A DNA stretch of 64,000 nucleotides, from IMG/VR virus record IMGVR_UViG_2681813236_000004; one strand, 5' to 3'. This document shows, one piece after another, positions 1 through 10,488 of the stretch. The notes beneath the pieces were generated by a model. It did no database searches. It was not told where the DNA came from and saw only the letters and a program-made list of their open reading frames with translations. A program made the position numbers and the translations under genes. Source of the stretch: an uncultured virus (IMG/VR IMGVR_UViG_2681813236_000004). Lineage: Duplodnaviria; Heunggongvirae; Uroviricota; Caudoviricetes. Positions within the stretch are counted from its first letter, which is position 1, and the number at the start of each line of letters is the position of its first letter.

Positions 1-3
1 GAG

Positions 4-29
4 TTCTCTTAAACCAAGGTTTAGGATTG
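4..29. other. cixL: cix crossover site for Cin (C-segment inversion)
   Basis: TTCTCTTAAACCAAGGTTTAGGATTG overlapping the cin stop, as recalled for P1 cixL. Confidence 0.85.
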
Positions 30-581
30 AAATGACGACGCCGGAAACTTCTTATAAAGCGTGGAAACAGCCACATCATAGATGATTGCAACCTGCTTAC
101 GGGGGATGCCATTCTCCAGCAATCGCCGCATTTGCTGCCATGTTTCTTCTTGGTATTTAGGCCGACGCCCACCTATACGACCTTCTGCGCGAGCTGCATC
201 AAGTCCAGCGCGTGTACGTTCAACGATAAGCTCACGTTCCATTTCTGCCAGCGCTCCCATTACGTGAAAGAAAAAGCGCCCCATTGGTGTACTGGTGTCG
301 ATAGAGTCAGTGAGACTCCGGAAATTAATTCCTCTGTCACGCAGCTCTTCCACCAGCACAACCAAGTGACGCATGCTGCGCCCAAGACGATCTAACTTCC
401 ATACGACCAGGGTGTCACCTCTGGAAAGCATACGCAAAACCTTTTTTAGCCCAGGGCGTTCAGTCTGTTTGCCGCTCGCCTTATCCTCAAAAATTAGCTC
501 ACATCCTGCGCTTTCAAGGGCATTTCGTTGCAAAGCAGTGTTTTGTTCATTTGTTGATACGCGTACATAGCCGATCAGCAT
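21..581 (-). CDS. cin: Cin serine DNA invertase; the Fis enhancer (sis) is expected within its 5' part
   Basis: GYVRVST catalytic Ser motif, KLDRLGRS, C-terminal HTH; adjacent cix site. Confidence 0.97.
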   Translation of the reverse strand: MLIGYVRVSTNEQNTALQRNALESAGCELIFEDKASGKQTERPGLKKVLRMLSRGDTLVVWKLDRLGRSMRHLVVLVEELRDRGINFRSLTDSIDTSTPMGRFFFHVMGALAEMERELIVERTRAGLDAARAEGRIGGRRPKYQEETWQQMRRLLENGIPRKQVAIIYDVAVSTLYKKFPASSFQS

Positions 582-702
582 GATTTTTACTCTAATGCGT
601 TGTTCTTATGAGTCTGCGAATTTTAAAGAACAAAGCGTTATGCACAGAAATAACAATCTGAATAGGTTCCTGCTTGATTTTTGTTAGATCCGGGAGGAGC
701 TT

Positions 703-987
703 ATGCAGATTTTGATTTTTTTAATGTCCATTATTAGTGGAACCTATTTATTTCTTACTGGAGTTAGGCGTGGAGCTTATAAGCCATGTTTTTTACATTG
801 GCTTGAAGCATGGCTGCTTGCCATAAAAGGTGGTTTTGTTGGTTTTTGTCTTGCAGAAGTTCAGTGGGGAAACTCATTTTTGGATGTGGTTGCTTTTTTG
901 ATATGTAGTTGGAATAGCCATTTTGTATTAAGAATAACCAAAATATGGGTTTTTCACTTGATTTACGAATGTATTGGCAAATTATGA
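703..987 (+). CDS. lydC: small multi-TM protein, putative holin LydC
   Basis: 94 aa hydrophobic, SD GGAGG, position between cin and lydA. Confidence 0.6.
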   Translation: MQILIFLMSIISGTYLFLTGVRRGAYKPCFLHWLEAWLLAIKGGFVGFCLAEVQWGNSFLDVVAFLICSWNSHFVLRITKIWVFHLIYECIGKL

Positions 988-1000
988 ACAACCAGATGAG

Positions 1001-1019
1001 AAGTTACTTTGCATACCAT
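1001..1019 (+). promoter_or_regulatory. Lpa-dependent late promoter of the lyd-dar operon
   Basis: AAGTTACTT box, 4 nt, TACCAT -10. Confidence 0.85.
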
Positions 1020-1047
1020 TACCTCCTGACAACGTAGGAGGGAACTT

Positions 1048-1377
1048 GTGCTTGACACACAGGAATTAGCTCCAGTTGCTATTGCGCTCCTGCTTTCAGT
1101 AATTGGTGGGATAGGCACGTTCCTGATGGATGTCCGAGACGGTCGCCAGTCTGGCAATTTGTTGGGATTGGTTACGGAGATCTTTGTTGCAGTGACAGCT
1201 GGCGCGGTGGCGTACCTATTGGGGCAACACGAGGGCTGGGAGTTATCAATTACGTACTTAATGGTAACGATAGCCAGCAATAACGGTCATGAGGTGATTT
1301 CAGGGATGAAACGAGTGAATATCGATAGCATTCTGAATGTTCTTACAAGTTTGGTGAAAAAGGGAGGCGGGAAATGA
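1048..1377 (+). CDS. lydA: holin LydA
   Basis: 109 aa, several TM segments, basic C-terminus, P1 synteny. Confidence 0.9.
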   Translation: MLDTQELAPVAIALLLSVIGGIGTFLMDVRDGRQSGNLLGLVTEIFVAVTAGAVAYLLGQHEGWELSITYLMVTIASNNGHEVISGMKRVNIDSILNVLTSLVKKGGGK

Positions 1378-1817
1378 TTGGCTGGGGTGTATGCGTTCTT
1401 GCGTTAGCCTTAGCCGATCGCTATTTGCTAAAACGCAAGGACATCACGCATTTAGAACTTGGTGATGTGGAAATTAAACCGGGTTTCATCCGGGTGCCGT
1501 TCAAATACCGGTCTAAATTCCCGTTTTTGCGCGGCGCAACGGTCAGATATTGGATCCGCGATGTTCAGAAGCCAACGACAGTGATTGAAGGCGAACAACG
1601 TTGTCTGACGTCGGCTGAACAGGGCGAAAACAGTGAATGGTTGTACATACCCACTGAATATATGGGTAAAGGAGAACGGCTGTGGCATTTCAACGTCATG
1701 GTTACGCATGGCGACTCGTTCATTAACCCGTTGTATCGGATTTTCCCTGTTACTCAGCAAATCCGCAGAAGTTACGTAATAAATCTCGCACAGGATGTGT
1801 CAGATGACGAAAAATAA
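1374..1817 (+). CDS. lydB: antiholin LydB
   Basis: 147 aa, ATGA overlap with lydA, synteny. Confidence 0.9.
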   Translation: MIGWGVCVLALALADRYLLKRKDITHLELGDVEIKPGFIRVPFKYRSKFPFLRGATVRYWIRDVQKPTTVIEGEQRCLTSAEQGENSEWLYIPTEYMGKGERLWHFNVMVTHGDSFINPLYRIFPVTQQIRRSYVINLAQDVSDDEK

Positions 1818-2406
1818 GTATGCAACGGTCGATTTTGACCAGGTTAATGAAAAGGGGCTGAAATCCCTTATCGCGGCGATCAATAAAACCGGTGTTACGG
1901 TAATTGAGGTTGACTCCAGCAACCGCGCAACAACGAAAGATGGCGTTAAAGTTAAAACCGCAAAGCTGGTTCTTAACGACGGACAAATTCTTGCCATACA
2001 GGTAAACGATACTGGCGATATATCGTCTGTGAGGCTGAATGGAAAAGCTATTCCTAACGCTCAGTCGCCGGATATCAAGACGCTTGGTACCGTCATGGGG
2101 CAAGCGGCCCGCAAAAACTCCGCAAAATTCCAGAAATCACTGATCGCCAAAGCGAAACGTGTTGCCAATCCGGTAGACAAGAAACCGGCAGTAAAATCCA
2201 ACTTTCAGCGCCTGCAAGAGGCAAAACAGCGGAATGCTCAGGTGGTTGCCGCTTATAAATCAGCGCAGAACTCGGTGTCTTTCAATCAACAGCAGATCAC
2301 TGATTTGCGGGCGAAGCTGGATAAGGAGACAGGCCGACTCAATAACGAAAAGGCCCGAAATGGCGAACTCAAACGCCGTCTTAAGCAACTGAAAGCAGGA
2401 AATTAA
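1795..2406 (+). CDS. hdf: Hdf, homolog of DarA fragment
   Basis: shares LxDGQ and KNSAKFQ motifs with the DarA N-terminal region; synteny. Confidence 0.9.
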   Translation: MCQMTKNKYATVDFDQVNEKGLKSLIAAINKTGVTVIEVDSSNRATTKDGVKVKTAKLVLNDGQILAIQVNDTGDISSVRLNGKAIPNAQSPDIKTLGTVMGQAARKNSAKFQKSLIAKAKRVANPVDKKPAVKSNFQRLQEAKQRNAQVVAAYKSAQNSVSFNQQQITDLRAKLDKETGRLNNEKARNGELKRRLKQLKAGN

Positions 2407-2407
2407 C

Positions 2408-4327
2408 ATGGAACAGTTCAATATCAATAAAGGGGTGACGATCAAACCTGGGCTTGACGTGCTTCCCCCGCCAGTGACTGATGATGAATATCGCGCATTA
2501 ATGGCCGGTGAGGACCGCTATCTGATGACGGAATCCAACACCCTGGAGGAAATCGAGGCTACGTTCTTCTATGACACGCCGATCCACTGGTGTGCTACGG
2601 ATTTACTGGAGGCGATTAGTTCTACTCGTTTGCAGCTACACCGGACCATGCAGGCATTTGTCCGGGCATTGAACCAGAAGCTGAATGGTACCGGAATCTC
2701 TGCGGGGAGTGATAAAACGGGGGATGTGGCCCAGAACGGTGCACGCGCGATCGGCGGGGCTGAAATTGGCCGGGCACGTAACGTTAACGGGCTGCCGGTC
2801 CTGCCAGCCATTATTCCGCTCAGTGATGGTCAGACTATCAGCATTCTGTTTCATAGCCCGACAGCGGAAAACCGGATCACCAATAGCGATACGCTGATTG
2901 CTTTCCAGTTCTTACTGAATAAAAAAGACGTTACTCATACCGTTGCTCCGATGAGTGGACGTGATATGACGCTGGCGCAGGTCACCATGAAACTTGCCAA
3001 CCTTGCAGAGAAAAACTCGGCAAAATTCCAGCGTGCGCAGAAGAAGAAAAAAGCCCTGGTTGATGAAATAACCCAACTACAGGCTGACAGTGACCAGAAA
3101 GAGGATGCCATGAGCGACCTCGCGGATCAGGTGGCAGCGGTAGAAGGGCAGAAGGTAGATCTGGAGCAGAAAATTAACGCTGTTGCATCGGAAGCGGATT
3201 CTCTTTATGAAGAGAATGAGCGTTTGCAGACGGAGATTGATCAGCTCAATCGCACTGGTGGGCGCGATACCATTGCTCCTGCGGGGATGACTGGTGGACA
3301 CTCTCGCGCGATGACGGATCGCCTTGCCAGTATCAAAAATCGTATGCATATGAACGGGGAAGTGACGCTCAGTAATGGTGCATCAATGAAGCAATTCATT
3401 GAGGACGGTGAAGGGTATATCCATTTAACCGATTCGGATGGCAGCGTGTACATGATCAAGGCTAAATCCATACAGGGTGTGGATATGGCAGATGCGATCG
3501 GCAAGCTGTTTAAAGCCTATAAAGCGGGTAATGTATCGGAATACCTGGTCCAACCAGAAGAACATAAACCGGAAAACGTCGAACCTGAACCAGCGGAGGA
3601 TACCGGTAGCTCTTCGCCTGAACCAGAAGTCTCTGTAGGTGCATATCGATATGCCCTGCAAATGCGTCCGGCGGCCCCTGGCGCAATACCTGAAGGTAAC
3701 AAAGCAATTCTGCCGCGCCCTGATGAAGGTGACCCGTATTATGAATATGCACGCTACGGCATTGCTACTTACGATACCCCGCTTTCTGATCAGCAAATGA
3801 GTGAGTACGACCTGAAGTTATTGCCTCGCGAGGATTCTTTCGACTTCCTGGCGAAGACACTTACTAATGGTCCGTTTGGCAAATATGCACAAAAAGCTCT
3901 GGAGCTGGCCACCAGCTCACCAGACGAGTTCCGCGTAATGCTGAAAACTCAGTTTCAAAAAACTTTCCCCAATATTGCGTTTCCGGGTGGCGCTGGCACC
4001 GAGAAAATGGTGCAGAGCATGATCAATGCATTGCAGGCCGAAGTCGGTGAGATTACTCAGCCAGAACCGGCCTCGGCACAGCCTGATGAAACGGTTAGCG
4101 AAGCAGATGCAGAGGCTAATAAAGCCATTGAATATCTCAATAACGTGATGGATATGCAAAGCACTGACATGGCGGAGATCCGTAACGCCCGGGGCAATGT
4201 CCGGGAAGCGATTGCAGCCCTTCAGGCTGCCGGACGTTTTGAGGAAAACGAAGAGCTGGTTAATGGCGCTGCTCGCCACCTGGCTGATCTGCTGGTAGCA
4301 ATCCAGAAAGCGGGGGTAGCGGCATGA
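2408..4327 (+). CDS. darA: DarA antirestriction/head protein
   Basis: 639 aa, coiled coil, synteny. Confidence 0.93.
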   Translation: MEQFNINKGVTIKPGLDVLPPPVTDDEYRALMAGEDRYLMTESNTLEEIEATFFYDTPIHWCATDLLEAISSTRLQLHRTMQAFVRALNQKLNGTGISAGSDKTGDVAQNGARAIGGAEIGRARNVNGLPVLPAIIPLSDGQTISILFHSPTAENRITNSDTLIAFQFLLNKKDVTHTVAPMSGRDMTLAQVTMKLANLAEKNSAKFQRAQKKKKALVDEITQLQADSDQKEDAMSDLADQVAAVEGQKVDLEQKINAVASEADSLYEENERLQTEIDQLNRTGGRDTIAPAGMTGGHSRAMTDRLASIKNRMHMNGEVTLSNGASMKQFIEDGEGYIHLTDSDGSVYMIKAKSIQGVDMADAIGKLFKAYKAGNVSEYLVQPEEHKPENVEPEPAEDTGSSSPEPEVSVGAYRYALQMRPAAPGAIPEGNKAILPRPDEGDPYYEYARYGIATYDTPLSDQQMSEYDLKLLPREDSFDFLAKTLTNGPFGKYAQKALELATSSPDEFRVMLKTQFQKTFPNIAFPGGAGTEKMVQSMINALQAEVGEITQPEPASAQPDETVSEADAEANKAIEYLNNVMDMQSTDMAEIRNARGNVREAIAALQAAGRFEENEELVNGAARHLADLLVAIQKAGVAA

Positions 4328-4689
4328 CACTATCAGCTATTGAGTTAATGGATCTCAGCGATAAGTTGGATGCTCTGATGTCCAAAGCGGCTACCGCGAG
4401 TGGCATGGAGTTGCTGGATATCAGCGATGAAATTGACCAGATCATGCAACAGATGGGGTACGGCGCGTCCGGCGGTGGTAGTGGCGAGGAAAAACAACCT
4501 TCGGAACATGATGGTGTGCCAAAACTGGTTGCTGATTTCCTGGCTGATAAATTCGTCGATCAGAGCACAGATGCATTTATCGGTACCTTGCAGGACTTGA
4601 GTCAATATGTTGGCACATACATCGACCTGGACCAGGTTAAACAGCACACGGCGGCATGGATAGCCGCCAACATTGAAGAGGCAGCATAA
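4324..4689 (+). CDS. ddrA: DdrA antirestriction component
   Basis: 121 aa, coupled to darA. Confidence 0.85.
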   Translation: MTLSAIELMDLSDKLDALMSKAATASGMELLDISDEIDQIMQQMGYGASGGGSGEEKQPSEHDGVPKLVADFLADKFVDQSTDAFIGTLQDLSQYVGTYIDLDQVKQHTAAWIAANIEEAA

Positions 4690-4701
4690 GGCGTAACAGG
4701 G

Positions 4702-7689
4702 ATGAGCTTAAGCGATCAGGTGGTAATTGCCACCAGCATAGAAACGCTGATCGAGCTGCTTAAGAACCTGCCCGATTATGGGCGGGTTTCGTATGTGGTG
4801 ACAGCGAAGGGAAACGAGGTAAAAACAGCGTTTGATATCGTCGATGCCTCAGCTCTTTTGGTATCCAATACTCTGGATGGGAAAATTAATCCTGACTATC
4901 CCCAGGAACTTCAGCCGCGCGACCGGACCCGCGCATCCAGCCTTCTTCAGGTTAACCAGATATCCAAAGATTTGCGGCCTGCTCAGCTTACCGATTCCGG
5001 TTTATCCAGCCATGGCGCGCCGATAATTGGTGAGGACAATGCCGTTGAGTCAGGTAATGGACGGACCATGGGAATCATTAAAGCCTATCAGGACGGCAAT
5101 GCGGATCGGTATCGTGAGTACCTGATTGAACATGCGACCGAATTCGGCATACGACCTGAAAAGGTTGAATCAATGACGGCTCCTGTACTGGTGCGCCGCC
5201 GGTTAACTAAGGTTGACCGCGTTCAGTTTGCCAAGGACTCAAATATTTCTGATCTTCAGGAAATGGCAGCCAGTGAAAAGGCTTTTGTTGATGCCGACAG
5301 CATAACACCGGCGATGATGGCGCTTTTTAACCCGTCAGAAAGCGGAGATCTGCTTAGCCGCAGTAATGACGCGTTTATTCGCGGATTCATGACGCAAGTT
5401 GGTGCCACACAGGCTGCTGGCCTTGTAACGGAAGATGGGCGACCAACGCGGCAACTTGTTGACCGTATACAAAACGCGATCTTTGCCAAGGCATATAAGG
5501 ATGCGCGCCTGGTAAGGATGGTTGCAGAAGAACCTGATCCGGATATGCGTAATGTTCTGACGGCGCTTAATGCGGCAGCCAATGATTTTGTCCAGATGCA
5601 GGCTTTATCAGGAGAAGCGCACAAGCAGGCTGTGACAACTATTGTTGATGGCATTGAGGCAGCGGATAGCCTCGATAAAAAGGCGCTGGCGGCATTGAAA
5701 GATGCGGTAGACCTGGTAAGGCAATCGAAGGAGTCAGGCCAGCATATTACCGATGTTATTGCTCAGGGGGATATGTTCAGCGAAACGGCCCCGGAAGTGA
5801 AAGCACTCGCGTTGTTCATCGTCGCGAATAACCGTAGCGCGAAGCGTATGGCCACCGCCTTTAAGTTGATGGCGCAACGTATCAATGATGAGTTACAGCA
5901 CCAGGGCCAGGCGCTCGGGGATATGTTTGGCGGCGGCGATGTGTCGTTACAGGATATCCTTCGCCAAGTATCTCAGGAACTGGAAAACGAAGGTATGCAA
6001 GGGATATCTGGCGGTCTTTTCGAGTCAGCTTCTGGCGGTAGTTACAACGGTGTTGCTCCATATACCAGCTTGCTATTACATCGGGCATCCGGCATCAAAG
6101 ACATTATTCATCTGATCAGGCTGCTTTCCCGTGCAGATCCCCAGGATGAACAGCTTGTTCAAGTGCTTGCGCATTTTGTTCGAATGCCTGTTGCCGACGT
6201 GAAAAAATGGTGCCGATTATTCGGTATCAGCAATTCGTTACTTCGCGGATTGTTAAATCACGCATCCTCCCTTGGGCGCGACGGCTTTGATGAGATAGCG
6301 CAGGCGATAAAAAACGGAGATATGCCACCAGCTATTGACTGGTTTTCCATTCGCCCAACCAGGGTGAAAGCATTCCTTAGCGCGGCGCATTCGGCATCAC
6401 CATTGGCAGAAATGATTCAGAGGTTGTCGCTCATATTCACAGACCATACCGCGTTGGGTGATCTGACTCTGGACGAGATGAAAGAAGCCTCCATTCAGTG
6501 GGCCGATCAACAAAATGAGGTTAACTCAGACTTCTTGCCAGCATTCAGGAAGGCCGTTAGTAAAGCGGATGATGCCCGTGGAATTCTGAAGGCATTTAAG
6601 GCATTGCAAAGTCGGGTTAATAAACATGTCGGTGATATCGATGGGGTAACGGCGGAAGGCAGGGATATCCTTAAAGAGCACGGCATAACGCCAGAGTTTA
6701 TTGATGAGATCAGGACGGATATGCAGCGTGATGTCGTATCGTCCCTGCAAATTGTAGCCAGAGCGTTGGCGGATGCTAATCCGAAGAGTGCGGCCATTGT
6801 TAACCGGGTTATTGGTGATATTGAAGCATCGGAGGGCATGGGGGCGCTGAAACTCTTCCTTTCGCGAGCGTTTAATCCTAACGGCAATATTCTCCCTGGC
6901 ATTATTGGTGAGGCTAAAAAGTATGTCAGTGAAGAAGAACTTGAGCATCTTGACCAACTACTTAAGCGATTCTCATATAACCCGCAGACACGCTGGCAAA
7001 TGAATCAGCGAAGTATGGGTTCGGTCCACGAGAAAGTGTTATCTGCCATGAACAGTGCGATCGCCAACTCATCCGTATCTGAAGAAAAAGCTCTTGAGTG
7101 GGCCGACTCTTTTATCACGGAAGAAGTGGAAGAAGCCCGCGCTGGACAGAATGGTGGGATAGACCTGCGCAAGGAACTTGCTGATATTTATCGCCTGACC
7201 GGCGGTAAAATTTCGACCTTATCAAAGGTGGTTCACCACCAGGGAAGGGCATATGCAAATCTTAATGGTGTTGTTGCTGTCAATTTGAACGATGAAAATG
7301 CAAGTGCACTGTGGCACGAGCTGGGTCATCATCTTGAGTACAGTAACCCTGGTTTGTTAGAGAAAGCCCGGTCATTCCTGAAGGCCAATGTTGAAGGGGA
7401 TAAACCATCTTTCGTTAATATCGGTGGGCGTGGCAAGCCTGAATGGTGCTTCAGATCTCGATTGAGTAATATTTATATGGCGAAGGTATACCCGCCAGCC
7501 TCAGTAAGTAACACCGGGAAAATTCGGCAGAAATCCCCGACTATTTCCAAAACGTCAGCAACGGAAGTATTCTCTATGGCTCTTCAGTTGTATCATGACA
7601 AAGAGGCCGCTGCCGCATCACTGATGAATGGTGACGGATTGCTGGAACTGTTATTAGGTGTGGCAAAGGAGCTAAATAATGCAGATTAA
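4702..7689 (+). CDS. ddrB: DdrB polyvalent virion protein (ParB-like N-terminus, HExxH C-terminus)
   Basis: 995 aa; SGNGRT motif; HELGH motif; synteny. Confidence 0.88.
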   Translation: MSLSDQVVIATSIETLIELLKNLPDYGRVSYVVTAKGNEVKTAFDIVDASALLVSNTLDGKINPDYPQELQPRDRTRASSLLQVNQISKDLRPAQLTDSGLSSHGAPIIGEDNAVESGNGRTMGIIKAYQDGNADRYREYLIEHATEFGIRPEKVESMTAPVLVRRRLTKVDRVQFAKDSNISDLQEMAASEKAFVDADSITPAMMALFNPSESGDLLSRSNDAFIRGFMTQVGATQAAGLVTEDGRPTRQLVDRIQNAIFAKAYKDARLVRMVAEEPDPDMRNVLTALNAAANDFVQMQALSGEAHKQAVTTIVDGIEAADSLDKKALAALKDAVDLVRQSKESGQHITDVIAQGDMFSETAPEVKALALFIVANNRSAKRMATAFKLMAQRINDELQHQGQALGDMFGGGDVSLQDILRQVSQELENEGMQGISGGLFESASGGSYNGVAPYTSLLLHRASGIKDIIHLIRLLSRADPQDEQLVQVLAHFVRMPVADVKKWCRLFGISNSLLRGLLNHASSLGRDGFDEIAQAIKNGDMPPAIDWFSIRPTRVKAFLSAAHSASPLAEMIQRLSLIFTDHTALGDLTLDEMKEASIQWADQQNEVNSDFLPAFRKAVSKADDARGILKAFKALQSRVNKHVGDIDGVTAEGRDILKEHGITPEFIDEIRTDMQRDVVSSLQIVARALADANPKSAAIVNRVIGDIEASEGMGALKLFLSRAFNPNGNILPGIIGEAKKYVSEEELEHLDQLLKRFSYNPQTRWQMNQRSMGSVHEKVLSAMNSAIANSSVSEEKALEWADSFITEEVEEARAGQNGGIDLRKELADIYRLTGGKISTLSKVVHHQGRAYANLNGVVAVNLNDENASALWHELGHHLEYSNPGLLEKARSFLKANVEGDKPSFVNIGGRGKPEWCFRSRLSNIYMAKVYPPASVSNTGKIRQKSPTISKTSATEVFSMALQLYHDKEAAAASLMNGDGLLELLLGVAKELNNAD

Positions 7690-7993
7690 AATCGCAGCGC
7701 CATTAGGCGGAGATGCCATTATCGAATTTGATGATAATGAAGAAGTTTCCGGGCGTTTAAGCATTATCTCCGGTGACATTACCGAGGACATGATCGCTGA
7801 AGCCATAGCTGGGGCAAATCCCAATAGCTATATGGGATTCGTTAACACCCTTGATGCTCCCGCAAGTGATGTTCTCCGAACGCTGCATCTTTACGCTGGC
7901 TGGTTTGTTGATTGGCCAGCAGTAGAGGGTGGCGATGAGGACGACGATGACGACGATGATTTTGGGGATCATGTAGACCAGATCGTATATTGA
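7679..7993 (+). CDS. hxr: Hxr, acidic protein
   Basis: 104 aa with poly-Asp tail, last gene of the dar operon. Confidence 0.75.
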   Translation: MQIKIAAPLGGDAIIEFDDNEEVSGRLSIISGDITEDMIAEAIAGANPNSYMGFVNTLDAPASDVLRTLHLYAGWFVDWPAVEGGDEDDDDDDDFGDHVDQIVY

Positions 7994-7995
7994 AG

Positions 7996-8024
7996 AAATC
8001 CCGCCAATCGGCGGGATTTTTTTT
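7996..8024. terminator. intrinsic terminator between convergent genes
   Basis: AAATCCCGCC-aatc-GGCGGGATTT followed by T run. Confidence 0.9.
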
Positions 8025-8817
8025 AATCGCTTTCCACTTCTTCCGTGGTGTTTTCTTGCAGTTCTGTTAATGCAGCACGACATAGGTTCCGGGCATTGGA
8101 TATAGCCACACTTTTGACTTCATCCGTCATCGTGCAGGTAATGTACTGATCGAGTTCTTCAGCGCGGATGATGCTTTTGCCAATCAGAAACTGTATTTGC
8201 CAGAGCAGATCGGCATCCATAATCAGAATTTCTGCCGGGCCTTCAGGGCCAGCCGGGAAGGAAACATAAGACTGTTTGCCCAGGCCGATAACTCGACAAC
8301 TTGCTTCAAGAATTGCGCGCTTGAGGTCTGACTTTGTAACGGAAACAGGTTGGTTTTCACCAGTGATTATGCCGTTGACATGGAAATGGAAGGGCATGTA
8401 GCTTGAAATACGCTCTACTTTCCACACGCCAGCAAGCGATCCTTCATGCAGCACAATGGGGGTAACCGCGAGTTTCATCTCACCATATAACTGCTGGCAG
8501 ATAGCTGGATTGCTGAATACATCCAAAGGTTCACACTCAAACAGCGGCGCAATCTGCATGAGGTCCATCATGGTCATACCAGGGGTACGAGCAGTAATGA
8601 ATCTGCGCATGCCAGTATCCATTGTGCGCCAGATAGCTACACCATGCTTTTTGCTCACTTCTTCAGTAAAGCCAAGGTGGCACATGATGGTTTTTTCGAT
8701 AGCCAGATCAGAGATAGAAACCTTTTCGCCTGGCACTCCATCATTATTGATGGTCACTTCGACACTCTGGCCATTACGTAGGCGGTATTGAATGGTTTTA
8801 GTATTTTGTGCTGTCAT
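8023..8817 (-). CDS. isaB: IsaB-like protein, unknown function
   Basis: 264 aa ORF downstream of ssb, synteny. Confidence 0.7.
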   Translation of the reverse strand: MTAQNTKTIQYRLRNGQSVEVTINNDGVPGEKVSISDLAIEKTIMCHLGFTEEVSKKHGVAIWRTMDTGMRRFITARTPGMTMMDLMQIAPLFECEPLDVFSNPAICQQLYGEMKLAVTPIVLHEGSLAGVWKVERISSYMPFHFHVNGIITGENQPVSVTKSDLKRAILEASCRVIGLGKQSYVSFPAGPEGPAEILIMDADLLWQIQFLIGKSIIRAEELDQYITCTMTDEVKSVAISNARNLCRAALTELQENTTEEVESD

Positions 8818-8831
8818 AGTCTTTTCTCTGC

Positions 8832-9014
8832 TTAAAAACTGATGTATTGCGCCTTCAGGTTGGTTAGGAATGTTTTCCCACCAGCGAAAGCAATATCTCG
8901 GGGTGTTCTATTCGTTAAAAGCGCGTGCCATTGCCAACTTTGGCGTTTTTGAGCGAGTTCGTGCTTTTGTCGGCGTCTGGACCACCGCTTTTTTTTCAGT
9001 CGTTTTTTACACAT
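8832..9014 (-). CDS. isaA: small basic protein (IsaA-like)
   Basis: 60 aa directly after ssb stop. Confidence 0.55.
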   Translation of the reverse strand: MCKKRLKKKRWSRRRQKHELAQKRQSWQWHALLTNRTPRDIAFAGGKTFLTNLKAQYISF

Positions 9015-9503
9015 TCAAAACGGAATATCGTCGTCAAAGTCCATTGGAGGTTCGTTATTAGCGTTGCTCTGAGGTTTACCGCCACCACTGTATTGCTGGT
9101 GGTTTTGAGGTTGGTTTGATTGCCCCCAGCCATTTGTGGACTGTGAATCGTCGCGGCGAGCGCCGATCATTTGCATGGTGCCGCCCTGGCTGACGATAAT
9201 TTCCGTCGTGTAACGTTCTACACCGGCGTCATCTGCCCACTTACGGGTTTTAAGTTTCCCTTCGATGTAGACCTGAGAACCTTTTCGTAAATACTCACTC
9301 GCAATTTCAGCAAGTTTTCCGAACAAAACGACTTTATGCCATTCTGTTTGCTCTTTCTGTTGGCCCGTTTGCTTGTCGCGCCATGATTCATTCGTTGCGA
9401 TGCTGAGTCTTCCGACCGCGCCGCCATTTGGTATATACCTGATCTCCGGGTCTTGCCCCAGGGTGCCAATCAGGATGACTTTGTTTACACCGCGTTGTGC
9501 CAC
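9015..9503 (-). CDS. ssb: single-stranded DNA-binding protein
   Basis: NKVILIG OB fold, DFDDDIPF tail. Confidence 0.98.
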   Translation of the reverse strand: MAQRGVNKVILIGTLGQDPEIRYIPNGGAVGRLSIATNESWRDKQTGQQKEQTEWHKVVLFGKLAEIASEYLRKGSQVYIEGKLKTRKWADDAGVERYTTEIIVSQGGTMQMIGARRDDSQSTNGWGQSNQPQNHQQYSGGGKPQSNANNEPPMDFDDDIPF

Positions 9504-9522
9504 TTATCTTACCTAATAAAAT

Positions 9523-9539
9523 AAATTAATTAGAGCAAT
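9523..9539 (-). promoter_or_regulatory. C1 operator upstream of ssb
   Basis: ATTGCTCTAATTAATTT vs consensus ATTGCTCTAATAAATTT. Confidence 0.9.
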
Positions 9540-9566
9540 AATGTATATCTTTGGAACGTAGCTAAC

Positions 9567-9585
9567 AAGTGATTTGCATTATCCT
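9567..9585 (+). promoter_or_regulatory. late promoter of lyz
   Basis: AAGTGATTT, 4 nt, TATCCT. Confidence 0.7.
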
Positions 9586-9672
9586 GTGCCTTCTAAAGGG
9601 ATCGAGTCAGTCGGTATTGGCTGTGAATGGGTGTTTGTCCTGGAGCGTAAAAAATTCGCTTATGAGGTCTTT

Positions 9673-10230
9673 ATGAAGGGAAAAACAGCCGCAGGAGGCG
9701 GTGCAATTTGCGCTATCGCGGTGATGATTACCATCGTGATGGGTAATGGCAATGTGCGAACCAACCAGGCGGGGCTTGAGCTGATTGGTAACGCTGAAGG
9801 TTGCCGACGTGATCCATACATGTGCCCGGCGGGGGTATGGACTGACGGGATCGGTAATACACACGGGGTAACGCCGGGTGTGCGAAAAACCGACCAGCAA
9901 ATCGCCGCTGATTGGGAAAAGAATATCCTGATCGCTGAACGCTGTATTAATCAGCACTTCCGGGGCAAAGACATGCCCGATAATGCCTTCAGCGCAATGA
10001 CAAGCGCGGCATTCAATATGGGATGCAATAGCTTACGGACCTACTACAGCAAAGCGCGAGGCATGCGAGTCGAAACGTCCATCCACAAGTGGGCGCAGAA
10101 AGGGGAATGGGTGAATATGTGTAACCATCTCCCTGATTTTGTGAACAGTAACGGCGTGCCCCTGCGAGGTTTAAAGATTCGCCGTGAAAAAGAACGCCAG
10201 CTTTGCCTGACGGGGCTGATCAATGAATAA
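9673..10230 (+). CDS. lyz: SAR endolysin Lyz
   Basis: N-terminal SAR helix, EGCRRDPY-C-AGVWTDGIGNT lysozyme motif, 185 aa. Confidence 0.96.
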   Translation: MKGKTAAGGGAICAIAVMITIVMGNGNVRTNQAGLELIGNAEGCRRDPYMCPAGVWTDGIGNTHGVTPGVRKTDQQIAADWEKNILIAERCINQHFRGKDMPDNAFSAMTSAAFNMGCNSLRTYYSKARGMRVETSIHKWAQKGEWVNMCNHLPDFVNSNGVPLRGLKIRREKERQLCLTGLINE

Positions 10231-10477
10231 ACTCCGGCAGCTCCGCCGACTTTCGACAATGAAGTTATCGCTGGCGGCGATAGTTTTCGACTCGATTTTC
10301 ATGGCGGTATATGTGCTCAATGAGACGTGGCCACTGGAACCGCTATTATATGCCGGGCTTCGGCTGTGCCTGACATTTTTGAGCATGGCTGCAAGATTGA
10401 TGCAGCAGAAAGAAACCGCTTCAGATTGCCCACGTCGCGCGGTGCGCAAATATATGGCACGCAGACGAAGGCGATAA
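10223..10477 (+). CDS. lydD: putative holin LydD
   Basis: 84 aa, two TM, basic termini, overlaps lyz. Confidence 0.75.
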   Translation: MNKLRQLRRLSTMKLSLAAIVFDSIFMAVYVLNETWPLEPLLYAGLRLCLTFLSMAARLMQQKETASDCPRRAVRKYMARRRRR

Positions 10478-10488
10478 TAGTTAACGAG

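Noticed and set aside
6507..6957. Antisense ORFs within ddrB (possible iddB)
   Set aside because: No independent coding evidence; likely shadow frames.
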